Assembly (NCBI GenBank): GCA_965224025.1
Contig: OZ245033.1
Coordinates: 4,160,001-4,224,000, forward strand
Source of the DNA: Candidatus Multivorans sp.
GTDB taxonomy: Bacteria > Acidobacteriota > Thermoanaerobaculia > Multivoradales > Multivoraceae
Direction: 5' to 3'
Length of the DNA stretch: 64,000 bases
Numbering within the stretch: the first letter of the stretch is position 1; every line of letters starts with the position of its first letter. This document shows, in pieces, positions 48,527 to 61,826 of the stretch. Under the pieces are notes generated by a model that was not told the DNA's origin, did no database searches, and worked only from the letters and a program-made list of their open reading frames with translations. The position numbers and the translations under genes are program-made.

Positions 48527-48768
48527 CAGTAGCGGCGCCCTTCCTCGATCAGTTCGCGAATCGACAGCCCACCCAGGCTGTGTGACTTGCGGAACTCCAT
48601 GAGGCTCTCGATCGCGGTGCGTACCTGAGCCGTGTCGGCGCCGCGGTAGGGAATCAGCTCGGCGACCGGGCGATCGTGCCGCGTAATCACGAACCTCTCG
48701 CCAGCCTGCACCCGCTTCAGCAGGCGCGGCAGGTGGGTCTTGGCCTCGAACACACCGATCTCTGACAT
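48526..48768 (-). CDS. Phd/YefM family antitoxin
   Basis: IGVFEAKTHLPRLL.RV..GE...ITRH..PVAEL motif. Confidence 0.92.
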   Translation of the reverse strand: MSEIGVFEAKTHLPRLLKRVQAGERFVITRHDRPVAELIPYRGADTAQVRTAIESLMEFRKSHSLGGLSIRELIEEGRRY

Positions 48769-48802
48769 GGGACGACTCCTTCCCGAACCGCACAGGTTCT
48801 AA

Positions 48803-48817
48803 CTAGTCTCAGACTAG
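48803..48817. promoter_or_regulatory. Putative Phd operator
   Basis: Perfect IR ctagtct-c-agactag about 35 bp upstream of the antitoxin start. Confidence 0.55.
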
Positions 48818-48906
48818 ACTGACAGCGGCCGAGGGTCAATGGGAGCCACGGGCTGACCGACGCCCGAGAGTCCGCTGGGCCTCCCGCGGCTGTACGATCG
48901 TGCACC

Positions 48907-49719
48907 ATGCGCAAGCAGCTTCCTTGCGGCGTCGAACTGCGGGACCTGGCCTCGGATGCGGACTACGAGGCGGTGATCGACCTGCAGCGTCAGACCTGGG
49001 GCGATCGCTTCGAGGACTCGGTGCCGGCCACCATCCTGATGATCTCGCGGAAGATGGCCGGGGTCCTCGTCGGCGCCTTCGACGAGGACGATCGGATGCT
49101 GGGCTTCCTCTACGGGTTGAGCGGCTTCCGCTACGGGCGGCGGGCGCACTGGTCGCACATGCTCGCGGTGACGCGCGAGGCGCGCGGCCGCGGACTGGGG
49201 CGTGAACTCAAGGTCTTCCAGCGCGAGATCCTGCTGCCGCTCGGCGTCGAGACGGTCTACTGGACCTACGACCCCCTGGTCGCCCGCAACGCGAACCTGA
49301 ACCTGAACCGGCTCGGCGCGCTGCCGATCGAGTACGTCGAGAACATGTACGGCGAGGACACGGGCAGTGTGCTCCACAGCGGACTCGGCACGGACCGCTT
49401 CGTGGTCGCGTGGCCGATTCTGAGTTCCCGGGTCGATTGGCTGGTGACCGGGGCGTCGGGTGCCAAGCCGACCCGCGCCGCGCCACCTTTCCCCGTGGAC
49501 GAGACGCTGCCGGAGACGGTGTGGGTCGAAGTGCCGCCGAACATCAGCGCCATCTTGCATTCGTTGGCTGAGACCGCCTTCGACTGGCGGCGGCGGACCC
49601 GGGCGCAGTTCCGAGAGCACCTGGGGGCCGGCTACGCGGTGACCGGGTTCACCTGGCGAGAAGACGGCGCCGGCGAACGCCGCTACTACTATCGGCTGGA
49701 ACGGACCGAGTCGACGTGA
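48907..49719 (+). CDS. GNAT-family N-acyl(succinyl)transferase
   Basis: SHMLAV...RGRGLG and WTYDPL..RNA.LN motifs. Coupled to the OSBS/NSAR gene. Confidence 0.82.
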   Translation: MRKQLPCGVELRDLASDADYEAVIDLQRQTWGDRFEDSVPATILMISRKMAGVLVGAFDEDDRMLGFLYGLSGFRYGRRAHWSHMLAVTREARGRGLGRELKVFQREILLPLGVETVYWTYDPLVARNANLNLNRLGALPIEYVENMYGEDTGSVLHSGLGTDRFVVAWPILSSRVDWLVTGASGAKPTRAAPPFPVDETLPETVWVEVPPNISAILHSLAETAFDWRRRTRAQFREHLGAGYAVTGFTWREDGAGERRYYYRLERTEST

Positions 49720-50840
49720 GCCTGCAGATCGAAACGATCACCCTGCGCGAAATCCGGCTGCCTCTGGTGGAGCCCTTCCGCATCTCGTCCGGCGTCACGA
49801 CGACGCGCCGCATTCTGCTGCTGGAACTCGTCGACGCGGACGGCGCCTCGACCTGGTCCGAGTGCGTCGCCGGCGACTTCCCGAACTACTCGCCGGAGAG
49901 CATCGACACCGCCACGCTGGCGATTCGCGCGTGGCTCGCACCGCGCGTCCTCGGCCGGCGCTTCGAAACGCCCCAGCAGGTGTCCGAGGCTCTGTCGGAG
50001 GACCTCCGCGGCCACGAAATGGCCCAGGCGGCGATCGAGATGGGGGCCTGGGCTCTGGCAGCGACAAAGGCCGGGTGCAGCCTCTCGTCGTTGCTTGGGG
50101 GCACACGGAAGCGGATCGGCACCGGCATCTCGATCGGCATTCAGAGCTCGCCCGAGGAACTGGCTACGAAGGCCGAGAAGGCGCTGGGCGCCGGCTACCG
50201 GAAGATCAAGCTGAAGATCAAGCCCGGGCAGGATCTGCCGTACCTGCTGGCCGTCCGCGACCGGCTCGGCCCCGACGCGCCGCTCATGGCCGACGCGAAC
50301 AACGCCTACACCCTGGACGACACGGAACACCTGCTCCAACTCGACGACTTCGACCTGGTCATGGTCGAACAGCCCCTGGCCTGGGACGATGTCGCGCGCC
50401 ACGCCGAACTCCAGCGCCGCATGCGGACGCCGATCTGCCTCGACGAGTCGATCACGAACATCGCCCGCGCCGAGGACATGATCCGGCTGCGGAGCGGTCG
50501 GATCATCAACATCAAGCCGGGCCGGGTGGCGGGCTTCACCGCCTCCAAGGCGATCCACGACCTGTGCGCCGCGAACGGCATCCCGGTCTGGTGCGGCGGC
50601 ATGCTCGAGAGCGGCATCGGCCGCGCCTACAACGTCGCGCTGGCCTCCTTGCCGAACTTCACGATTCCCGGCGACGTGAGCCCCAGCAACCGCTACTGGG
50701 CGCGCGACATCGTCTCGCCCGAGTGGACGATGGACGGCGACGGCTGGGTCGAAGTGCCGGACGGCCCCGGCCTCGGCGTCGACGTCGACCGCGAGCGGAT
50801 CGAAGCGTTGACGGTGCAGAAGGAACGGCTGACGGCGTAG
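49716..50840 (+). CDS. menC: o-succinylbenzoate synthase / N-succinylamino acid racemase (enolase superfamily)
   Basis: KLK, DAN, EQP, DES, NIKPGR and WCGGMLE motifs. Confidence 0.88.
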   Translation: MSLQIETITLREIRLPLVEPFRISSGVTTTRRILLLELVDADGASTWSECVAGDFPNYSPESIDTATLAIRAWLAPRVLGRRFETPQQVSEALSEDLRGHEMAQAAIEMGAWALAATKAGCSLSSLLGGTRKRIGTGISIGIQSSPEELATKAEKALGAGYRKIKLKIKPGQDLPYLLAVRDRLGPDAPLMADANNAYTLDDTEHLLQLDDFDLVMVEQPLAWDDVARHAELQRRMRTPICLDESITNIARAEDMIRLRSGRIINIKPGRVAGFTASKAIHDLCAANGIPVWCGGMLESGIGRAYNVALASLPNFTIPGDVSPSNRYWARDIVSPEWTMDGDGWVEVPDGPGLGVDVDRERIEALTVQKERLTA

Positions 50841-50851
50841 TCGGCCGGTAT

Positions 50852-51313
50852 CTACAGGCTCCAGCCGCCGTCGACGGTCACCGTGTGGCCGGTGACGAAC
50901 ACGTTGCGCTCGATCAGGGCGACGATCGCGTCGGCGCGGGTGCAGTTGAAGACGCCGCGCAGATTGGCGCCGAGGATGTCGTCCCAGACCTCGTCGGTCA
51001 CGCCCTCCAGATCACCGTGAGCGATGAAGTGGGTCATCCCCGCGTTGTTGACGAGAATCTGCAGGGCGCCGAACGCATCCACCGCCGAGTCGATCAGGCG
51101 CCGGCAGTCGGCGTCCCGCCGCATGTCGGCCTGCACCGCGACCGCTTTGCCGCCGGCTTCCCGGATGCCGCCGGCGATCCGCTCGGCGGCCTCGGCGCCG
51201 CTGTGGTAGTTGACCACCACGGACGCCCCCAGGCTCGCCAGCAGCTCCGCCGTCGCCTGGCCGACGCCCGACGACGAACCGGTGACGACGGCGACCTTGC
51301 CTGCGATCTCCAT
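50852..51313 (-). pseudogene. SDR with internal in-frame deletion (catalytic S/YxxxK region missing)
   Basis: TGSSSGVG, NNAG and NLRG are joined directly to C-terminal ADAIVAL...VTG...VDGG. Only 153 aa. Confidence 0.75.
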
Positions 51314-51343
51314 GCCGTAGCTCCCGCAGCGCCTTTCCGGGAC

Positions 51344-52135
51344 CTACCGGCCCTTCCAGTTCGGCGGCCGCTTCTCGGCGAACGCTCGCGGACCTTCGAC
51401 CAGATCCTCGGATGTGTTCATCGCGGCGGTCCACGGGAAAATCGAACCGGCGGCCTGCTCCAGCGCGATGCCGAGCCCCCTGTTCGCCGCCTCCTTGCTG
51501 GCCCGCACGGACAGCGGCGCGCATTCCAGGATCTGCGCCGCCCACGCCCGCGCCCGGTCGAGGAGTTCGTCGTGAGCGCAGACTTCGTTCACGATCCCGA
51601 GTTCCTTCGCCTCCTGGGGCGTGATGTGCCGCCCGGTGAGGAGCATGCCCATCGCCTGGTGGTAGGGAATCTGCCGCGGCAGCCGGTGAACGCCCAGCGC
51701 GCCCGCCATCAGACCGACCCGGGGTTCGGGAAGCCCAAAGGTCGCCTTCTCGGAGGCGAGGATGATGTCGCAGGCGAGCACCAGCTCGAACCCGCCGCCG
51801 AGCGCGAAGCCGTTGACCGCCGCGATCATCGGCTTGTGCAGGTCGAAGCGAGAGGTGATGCCGCCGAAGCCGCCCCGAACGCCCTTCATGCCGGCCCGCA
51901 CCGTCTTGCTGCCGTGCTCCGCCTGGTACTTCAGGTCGTTGCCGGCGGAGAACGCGCGGTCGCCGGCGCCGGTGAGGATCGCCACCCAGGCGGCGTCGTC
52001 CGCGGCGAAATCGTTGAACACCGAGTCGAGCTCCTGGCTCGTCGGCGGGTGGATGGCGTTCATGCGCTCGGGACGGTTGATCGTCACCGTCCAGACGTGA
52101 TCGTCCTTCGAAACCTCGAGAAACTCGTAGCTCAC
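51344..52135 (-). CDS. Enoyl-CoA hydratase (CaiD-like crotonase)
   Basis: NRPERMNA, AFSAGND, GGGFE and FGLPEP motifs. Confidence 0.92.
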   Translation of the reverse strand: MSYEFLEVSKDDHVWTVTINRPERMNAIHPPTSQELDSVFNDFAADDAAWVAILTGAGDRAFSAGNDLKYQAEHGSKTVRAGMKGVRGGFGGITSRFDLHKPMIAAVNGFALGGGFELVLACDIILASEKATFGLPEPRVGLMAGALGVHRLPRQIPYHQAMGMLLTGRHITPQEAKELGIVNEVCAHDELLDRARAWAAQILECAPLSVRASKEAANRGLGIALEQAAGSIFPWTAAMNTSEDLVEGPRAFAEKRPPNWKGR

Positions 52136-52282
52136 TTGCCTGCTCCTGTTGGCTGCGGGCCGTTTTCGACCCTTTCATGGAAGGCCGCGAGAGTAGCAGG
52201 CGGGGGCGCGCCAGCCCTCCTGAACCAACCTGCCTGGGGTTCCTTGACAAGCACTCGCGGGCGCTGGCAGCGTCCACTCACG

Positions 52283-53335
52283 ATGACCCTCTTGCCGCTG
52301 CCGGAGAGCTTCCACGAAAGCGCCGCCCGGGAGCGGAGCGGCGCCTGGTTCCACGACCCCGATCCCAACCGGATCGCCGCCGCTGCCGCGGACTGGCGCC
52401 AGCGCCACAACCTCCCTCCGGCAGCCTCGGACGAGGCCCGCCGTCTGCTGCTGCTGGTCGACGAGCAGCGCGACTTCTGCCTGCCCGAGGGCACGCTCTT
52501 CGTCGGTGGCCGTTCCGGCCGCGGCGCGCTCGAGGACACGGAGCGGCTGGTGCGCTTCATCTACCGCAATCTCGGCAACCTGACCGACATCGTCAGCAGC
52601 CTCGACACCCACTTGCCCCACCAGATCTTCTTCTCTTCGTTCTGGACTGACGCCGCGGGCCGCCCACTTGATCCCTACCGCGAAGTGACCGCGGAACAGG
52701 TAGCCGCCGGCAGCGCGGTTCCCAACCCCGACCTCGCCGGCTGGTTCGGAGACGGCAGCCCGGAATGGTTGCGCCGCCAAGCCGAGGACTACTGCCGGAG
52801 ACTGGAGGAAACCGGGCGTTACCGGCTCTACCTGTGGCCGCCGCACTGTCTGCTGGGCAGCCAGGGTCAGACCGTAGTCGGAACAGTCCAGGAAGCGCGC
52901 CTGTTCTTCGCCTACGCCCGACGGGCGCAGGCGCCGATGGAGGTCAAGGGCTCCGACTCGCTGACCGAGAACTACTCCGTGCTGTCGCCCGAGGTGCTCA
53001 CCGGCCACGATGGCCGGCCCCTCGGCGAGCGCAACACGGCGCTGCTCGATCGCCTACTGGCCGCCGACGCGGTGATCCTCGCCGGCCAGGCGGGCAGCCA
53101 TTGCGTGCGCAGCACCGTCGACGAGCTACTGACCGAGATGGACTCTCGCGGCGTCCCCGCCGGCCGCCTGCATCTGCTCGCCGACTGCATGTCCGCCGTC
53201 GCGGTGCCCGACCCGGACAACCCGGGCGAGTTCGTCGCCGACTTCACCAACGAGTTCGAAGCAGCCCTGAGCCGCTACCAGGCCGTCGGAGTCCACATCG
53301 CGAGTTCCGAGGACGACGCGGCCAACTGGGGCTGA
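52283..53335 (+). CDS. pncA: Nicotinamidase (cysteine hydrolase, long type)
   Basis: D.Q.DFC, DTH, WPPHC, KG and SHCV motifs. Adjacent to nadE/pncB. Confidence 0.8.
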   Translation: MTLLPLPESFHESAARERSGAWFHDPDPNRIAAAAADWRQRHNLPPAASDEARRLLLLVDEQRDFCLPEGTLFVGGRSGRGALEDTERLVRFIYRNLGNLTDIVSSLDTHLPHQIFFSSFWTDAAGRPLDPYREVTAEQVAAGSAVPNPDLAGWFGDGSPEWLRRQAEDYCRRLEETGRYRLYLWPPHCLLGSQGQTVVGTVQEARLFFAYARRAQAPMEVKGSDSLTENYSVLSPEVLTGHDGRPLGERNTALLDRLLAADAVILAGQAGSHCVRSTVDELLTEMDSRGVPAGRLHLLADCMSAVAVPDPDNPGEFVADFTNEFEAALSRYQAVGVHIASSEDDAANWG

Positions 53336-53337
53336 AG

Positions 53338-55431
<2,094 letters not shown>

Positions 55432-55505
55432 GCGCGATTATGAACGAGACTAGGGGCAAGCGCCTCAAGACCAAGCCACTTCGGCCCCGGAAGACCGCCG
55501 GCGAC

Positions 55506-56920
<1,415 letters not shown>

Positions 56921-56924
<4 letters not shown>

Positions 56925-58732
56925 GGCGAAGCCTCGACGAGCGGCGGCGCCGCCGGCCGGTGCTGGTACAGCTCGCCATCGGTGAAACCGAGCCGCCGGT
57001 AGTACACCCGCGTGCCGACCGAGGAGATGACCGCCATCTTCTCGAATCCGGCGTCCCCGGCGATCTTGAGGGCCTCGGCGACCAGGCGGCGGCCGAGACC
57101 GATGTGCTGCGACCTGCCGTCGCCCCGCTCGCCGAAGCCGACGACCGCACCGTAGACGTGGACCTCCCGGATGATCGCCTTGCCGGCCAGTTCCGCCGGG
57201 CGAACCTCAGCCGACCCGGACGCCGCCGGCAGGCGCAGCCTGAGGAACCCGGCGATCCGGTCGTCCGCGTCCACGAACTCCAGGAACGTCTCCCGACCCG
57301 AAGCCGCCTCGTAGTCCGTGCGCCGCATGCGGAGGCGGCGCGGATCGACGCGACGGCCGCCGATCTCCCGGGCACGGATGTCCCGGCAGACGACACTGCG
57401 CTCACCCGCCTCGGCTTCGGCCACCTGACGCAGGTTCGTGGTCCGGTTGCCGGTCACGATGTCGGTGCCGGGAATGTCGCGGATCACCCGCGTCAGCCGG
57501 CAGTAGCGCGGCGTGGCGCCGAGACTGTGGACGAGCACGTCCAGCAATTCGCCGCGCGTGTATGGCCGCCATGCGCCGCGGCGGTAGTAGGCCATGAGCT
57601 CGGCGCTCTCTATCAGCGAACAGGGGTAGACCTTGAGCTCGTCCGGCCGCAGATCCGGATCCCGGAACAGGCGGTCGAAGTCCTCGCGGTCCTTCGCCGG
57701 CGTCGAGCCGTAGAGGTTCGGCATCCAGTGCGCCTGGATCTTGAACCCCGCGCCGCGCAGCAGCCGGATCGCGCGCCGGGTTCGGGCGGTGTCGTGGCCG
57801 CGCTTGTTGAGGGCCAGCACCTCGTCGTCCATGCTCTGGATGCCGATCTGCACCTTCGTGGCGCCCAGCCGCCGCATCCGCAGAGCCTCCTCGCGGTCGA
57901 GTCGGTCCGGACGGGTCTCGAGCGACAGGCCCACGCAGCGGGTTGCCGCCGTCTCGTTTGCACGCTGCTCTGCCGCCAGTTCGGCCCAGTCGGCCGCCTG
58001 ACGCCGGGCCTGGTCCGCGGCCCGCGGATGCGCCGAAGTCCAATCGGAGACCACCTGGTTGTACTTGCGGTTCGCGGCATTCCCGTCGACCGTCTCGTCG
58101 AGCTCCCTGAAGTCGACCTCGGGCTCGAAGTGCGGGAGCGGGTCGCGGGCCGCCGGCATGGTGGCTGCGGAGAACCGGTTCATCGCCTCGAAGCATCGCT
58201 GAATGAACCAGATCTGGTACGCCTCCGGGTAACTCGACCAAGTGCCTCCGAGCACGATCAGCTCGACCTTGTCGGTCGGGTGACCGGTGTGATGAAACGA
58301 ACGGAGACGGGCAAGGGTCTGGCGGTAGGGATCGAACTGGTGCTCCGCGGCGCGCTGCGCCCCGGGTTCGGACGACAGATAGCTCTTCGGCATCCGCACG
58401 TCGCTGGGGCAGAAGATGCAGCGTCCGGGACACGGGAACGGCTTGGTCAGCACGGTGACGGGCGCCACGCCGCTGCGCGTCCGCACCGGCTTCATGCGAA
58501 CCCGCTCGACGAACGCCTGTTCGGCCGCCGAACCGGGCCGGAGCGCCCGGTAGCCGCGGATCAGCTCGCTCTTGGAGAAGAAGCCCCTGCCATCCTTCGG
58601 GTGGCGGCGGAGGAGGTCCTCCAGATCGCGCCCCTCGAACCGCGGCGCCCGTTCGATGGCGCCGATGATCGCCTCGAGTTCGGCCGCGTACTCCTCCGGC
58701 TCGAACGGGTACGCGCCGCCGACCGTGTTCAT
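56921..58732 (-). CDS. elp3: Elp3 radical SAM / KAT tRNA U34 carboxymethyltransferase
   Basis: KPVRTRSGV, CPGRCIFCP, ETRPD, LKVYP, RDIP, REVHVYG, QHIGLG and YYRRLG motifs. Confidence 0.9.
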
Positions 58733-58891
58733 CGACCGGATACTCCACGAAGCAGCCGAGCACGAGCGCCAGGCGACCGGCGCAGAGAGTCGGAGGCGCA
58801 CGCAAGGCGTTTCGGGGCTATTGTCGCCGCCATGACGGGAACCTACTACGGTCGGGTCAGGCCCTTGCGCCCCTGAGGGCGGGTGAAGACG

Positions 58892-59722
58892 ATGGCGACG
58901 GAAACGGCGCCGGCGACGCGCTTCGAGGGCCGCGCGGCCCTGGTCACCGGCGGCGGCAGCGGCATCGGACTCGCGGTGGCCCGCACCCTCGCTTCGGGCG
59001 GTTGCCGCGTTGCGATCTGCGGCCGTCGGCGGAGCGTGGTCGAGGCGGCTGCCGACGAACTGAGGGAAGAGGGCCTCAACTGCCTGGCCGTCGCCGGCGA
59101 CATCGCCGGCGCCGACAGCGCGCGGGAGATGGTGGACGATGCGGCTTGCAAACTGGACGGGCTCGGCATCCTCGTCAACTGCGCGGGCGTCTACCACACG
59201 GGGCCGCTGGCAGCGGAGGGCGCCGGCGCGGCCGAGCCGGGAGCGACCGGCGAACCGGACCCAGTCGACCTGGTGATCGACATCGATCTGAAGGGCGTGC
59301 TGTTCGCCATCCGCGCCGCCATTCCCCACCTGCGCGCCAACGCCGGCACGGGCGGAGCGTCGATCGTCAACATCTCTTCGTCCGTCACCCAGTCGCCGCT
59401 CGCCAACTGCTCCGTCTACTCCGCCGCCAAGGCCGGGGTCGACGCGTTGACCCGCAGCCTCGCCCTCGAACTCGCCGGCGACCGCATTCGCGTCAACGCC
59501 GTGCTGCCCGGCGTCGTGCGCACGCCGATCTTCGAGACCGTCATGCCGCCGGACGAGGCCGCCGCGTTCCTCGACGGCTTCGGCGGCCAGGTGCCCCTCG
59601 GCCGCATCGGCGAACCGGACGATGTGGCGCGCGCGGTCGTTTTCCTGTGCGATCCCGAGAACGACTGGATCACCGGCGCGCTGCTCGCCGTCGACGGCGG
59701 CCTGAGCCTGGGCTCCGTGTAG
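58892..59722 (+). CDS. Short-chain dehydrogenase/reductase
   Basis: TGGGSGIG, NCAG, YSAAK and VDGG motifs. Confidence 0.92.
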   Translation: MATETAPATRFEGRAALVTGGGSGIGLAVARTLASGGCRVAICGRRRSVVEAAADELREEGLNCLAVAGDIAGADSAREMVDDAACKLDGLGILVNCAGVYHTGPLAAEGAGAAEPGATGEPDPVDLVIDIDLKGVLFAIRAAIPHLRANAGTGGASIVNISSSVTQSPLANCSVYSAAKAGVDALTRSLALELAGDRIRVNAVLPGVVRTPIFETVMPPDEAAAFLDGFGGQVPLGRIGEPDDVARAVVFLCDPENDWITGALLAVDGGLSLGSV

Positions 59723-59881
59723 GAGCTTGCGCGGCAGAACGATCTGACCTGGGAACCCGTGTGGCGCGACCCGCGCCACACGCGAACCACTCCGTGCGCC
59801 CGTCATCGGGCGCGCGGATGGCACGCGGGCATCCTGCCCGCATCCGGACCCTGGGAACGCGGGCGTCTCGCCCGTATCCGG
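59720..59881 (+). repeat. Long REP-like copy plus short REP unit
   Basis: Starts taggagcttgc at the SDR stop. 59725-59768 matches 3279-3323. 59748-59847 is the long form and 59850-59881 the short form. Confidence 0.85.
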
Positions 59882-59911
59882 TGCAAAGCACCGGCCATAC
59901 TCGCCTCCACC

Positions 59912-60712
59912 ATGCACCCTTCAACCCAAGCCGCCCTCCGGCGCATCAATCGCGAGTTCTACAGCCGCCACGCCGCCGACTTCGACCGCGCCCGCCACCC
60001 CGGCGGCTGGCCGGGCTGGCGCCGCGTCCTCGAAGCCGCAACGGTTCGGCTACAGGCCGCGGACACCACCGAAGCCAGCGAAGCCCGCCGTCCACTCCGC
60101 GTCCTGGACCTCGGCTGCGGCAACGGCCGCTTCGCCCTCTTCCTCGACCGCCATCCCGACCTCCGCTCCGAACGGCCATCCGACTACTTCGGTATCGACT
60201 CCAGCGCCGAGCTGATCGAGCGCGCCCGCTCCGCCTGCGCCGATCGCGGACTCATCCGCTTCGAGGTCGCCGATCTCCAAGCCGCCAACCACGAACCCGC
60301 CTTCGACCTCGTCACGCTGTTCGGCGTCGTCCACCACCTGCCTGGCTTCGACAACCGGCGCCGCGCCCTCAAACGAGCTGCCGCGGCCCTGGCGCCCGGT
60401 GGCCTGCTCGCCGTCACCTGCTGGCAGTTCGCTGACGACGCCCGGTTCGAAAGCCGCCGCCTCGACTGGGGTCTGGAAGCAGGCGTCAACCCGGCTGAAC
60501 TCGAACCCGGAGACCACCTGCTGCGCTGGGGACCGGGCGACTGCGGAGCCCGCCGCTACTGCCACCACACCGACGAGCGGGAACTCGACCGTCTCGTCGG
60601 CGGCCTGCCGCTGACCGAGACTGCCCGCTACCGCGCCGACGGCGCCGGCGACCGGCAGAACCTGTACTGGCTGGGTGCCCGAGGGCTCAGACAGAACCGC
60701 GGACACTGCTGA
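59912..60712 (+). CDS. Class I SAM-dependent methyltransferase
   Basis: VLDLGCGNG, GIDSS and LAPGG motifs. Confidence 0.85.
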   Translation: MHPSTQAALRRINREFYSRHAADFDRARHPGGWPGWRRVLEAATVRLQAADTTEASEARRPLRVLDLGCGNGRFALFLDRHPDLRSERPSDYFGIDSSAELIERARSACADRGLIRFEVADLQAANHEPAFDLVTLFGVVHHLPGFDNRRRALKRAAAALAPGGLLAVTCWQFADDARFESRRLDWGLEAGVNPAELEPGDHLLRWGPGDCGARRYCHHTDERELDRLVGGLPLTETARYRADGAGDRQNLYWLGARGLRQNRGHC

Positions 60713-61745
60713 GGAAGTCGTCCGCGTCCCGGCACTCCCACGCCAACCGGATGAGCGGCGCGGGGTCCGCGACGTGGTCGAGTTGCTCAAACCACGAGCG
60801 CAAGGCCGGCGTCGTCGCCAGACCGCGAGCCGCGAGCGCCTCCGACACGGCGACGCGAACGATCTCCAGACGCTCCTCTGCACGGCCCTCGACACGGCCC
60901 TCTGCACGGCCCTCGACACGGCCCTCTGCACGGCCCTCGACACGGCCCTCCGCTCGACCCTCTGCTCGGCCCTCCGCGCGGCCCTCCGCGCGCTCCCGGC
61001 GCAGAAGAGGATCGTCGTCGGGGCCGGTGCCTTCCGCGGCGGCAAGTGCGTCGGCCACGCGGCGAAGCATGTCCACCGTTTCCAGCGAAGCCTCGTGCTC
61101 GTTCAGGGCCGAGTGAATCGCCTCCGCGGTCCAGCCCGGGAAAGCCCTGCTCGACAGCGTTTCGATGTAGCGCTCCCCCTCCAGAACGTAGATCGTGAGG
61201 GCGGACCGGCGAGACTTCGGCCGGTAGTGCCAGCTCGCGTTCGGGACTTCCACCCAGACCTCCGGGAAGCCCCACGATTCATAAATGCCGAGCTTGCGGC
61301 GCCGCACGTCGGTGCTGTAGTCGACCTCCAGGAGCACATCCGGCAGCGCATTCACGCCGCGTTCGATCTCCGGGCCGCTGGGCCGCGTCTCAGCCGGATG
61401 CAGATAGGCGACCTGGTCCGCGGCCAGGAGTCTCAGCCGTTCGCCGCTCTCTCCGCGCACAACGAGCCACGTACCGCCGATCACGTCGATCGGCGAGCCG
61501 CGCCGCATGGCGATCATCTTCATGCAGGCGGCGAAGCGTTGCGCCCCGTACTCGTGATAGCTGGTGGCCGGCTCCGCCACGATCGCGATCTGGTTGCGCG
61601 CGTCCCAGTACTCGATGCGGCCATCGTAGTCGTCGAGTTCCTCGTCCGGAATCGGCACCGCGCGGCAACCCGGGAACTCGTGAGCCTGGGGCGGCGCACC
61701 TTCGTCGGGAAGCTGGTCGGCTCTTCTGGCGATCGGTTCAGCCAT
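60687..61745 (-). CDS. Uma2-family PD-(D/E)xK endonuclease with EGRA/EGRV repeat tail
   Basis: HE, ADQ, PDVLLEVD, KLGIY...GFPEVW motifs. Confidence 0.82.
   Translation of the reverse strand: MAEPIARRADQLPDEGAPPQAHEFPGCRAVPIPDEELDDYDGRIEYWDARNQIAIVAEPATSYHEYGAQRFAACMKMIAMRRGSPIDVIGGTWLVVRGESGERLRLLAADQVAYLHPAETRPSGPEIERGVNALPDVLLEVDYSTDVRRRKLGIYESWGFPEVWVEVPNASWHYRPKSRRSALTIYVLEGERYIETLSSRAFPGWTAEAIHSALNEHEASLETVDMLRRVADALAAAEGTGPDDDPLLRRERAEGRAEGRAEGRAEGRVEGRAEGRVEGRAEGRVEGRAEERLEIVRVAVSEALAARGLATTPALRSWFEQLDHVADPAPLIRLAWECRDADDFLSSVRGSV
60875..60994. repeat. 12-bp-period coding tandem repeat (3 exact 24-mers plus degenerate units)
   Basis: cctctgcacggccctcgacacggc x3 at 60875-60946. Encodes (R)AEGR/VEGR on the minus strand. 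Confidence 0.9.
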
Positions 61746-61826
61746 GCGGTCGATTCTAGACCCCACAGACAACGAGCGGGGCAGCGGAGCGGCTGGTAAT
61801 TTGCGATGGAAGGAGGATCGCCACCG

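Noticed and set aside
49862-53335. 1157-aa ORF as a single fusion protein
   Set aside because: Only the last 350 aa (from ATG 52283) are a nicotinamidase. The rest overlaps menC out of frame and two minus-strand genes.
60875-60994. Tandem repeat as CRISPR or iterons
   Set aside because: No spacers, a period of 12, and in frame within the Uma2 CDS.
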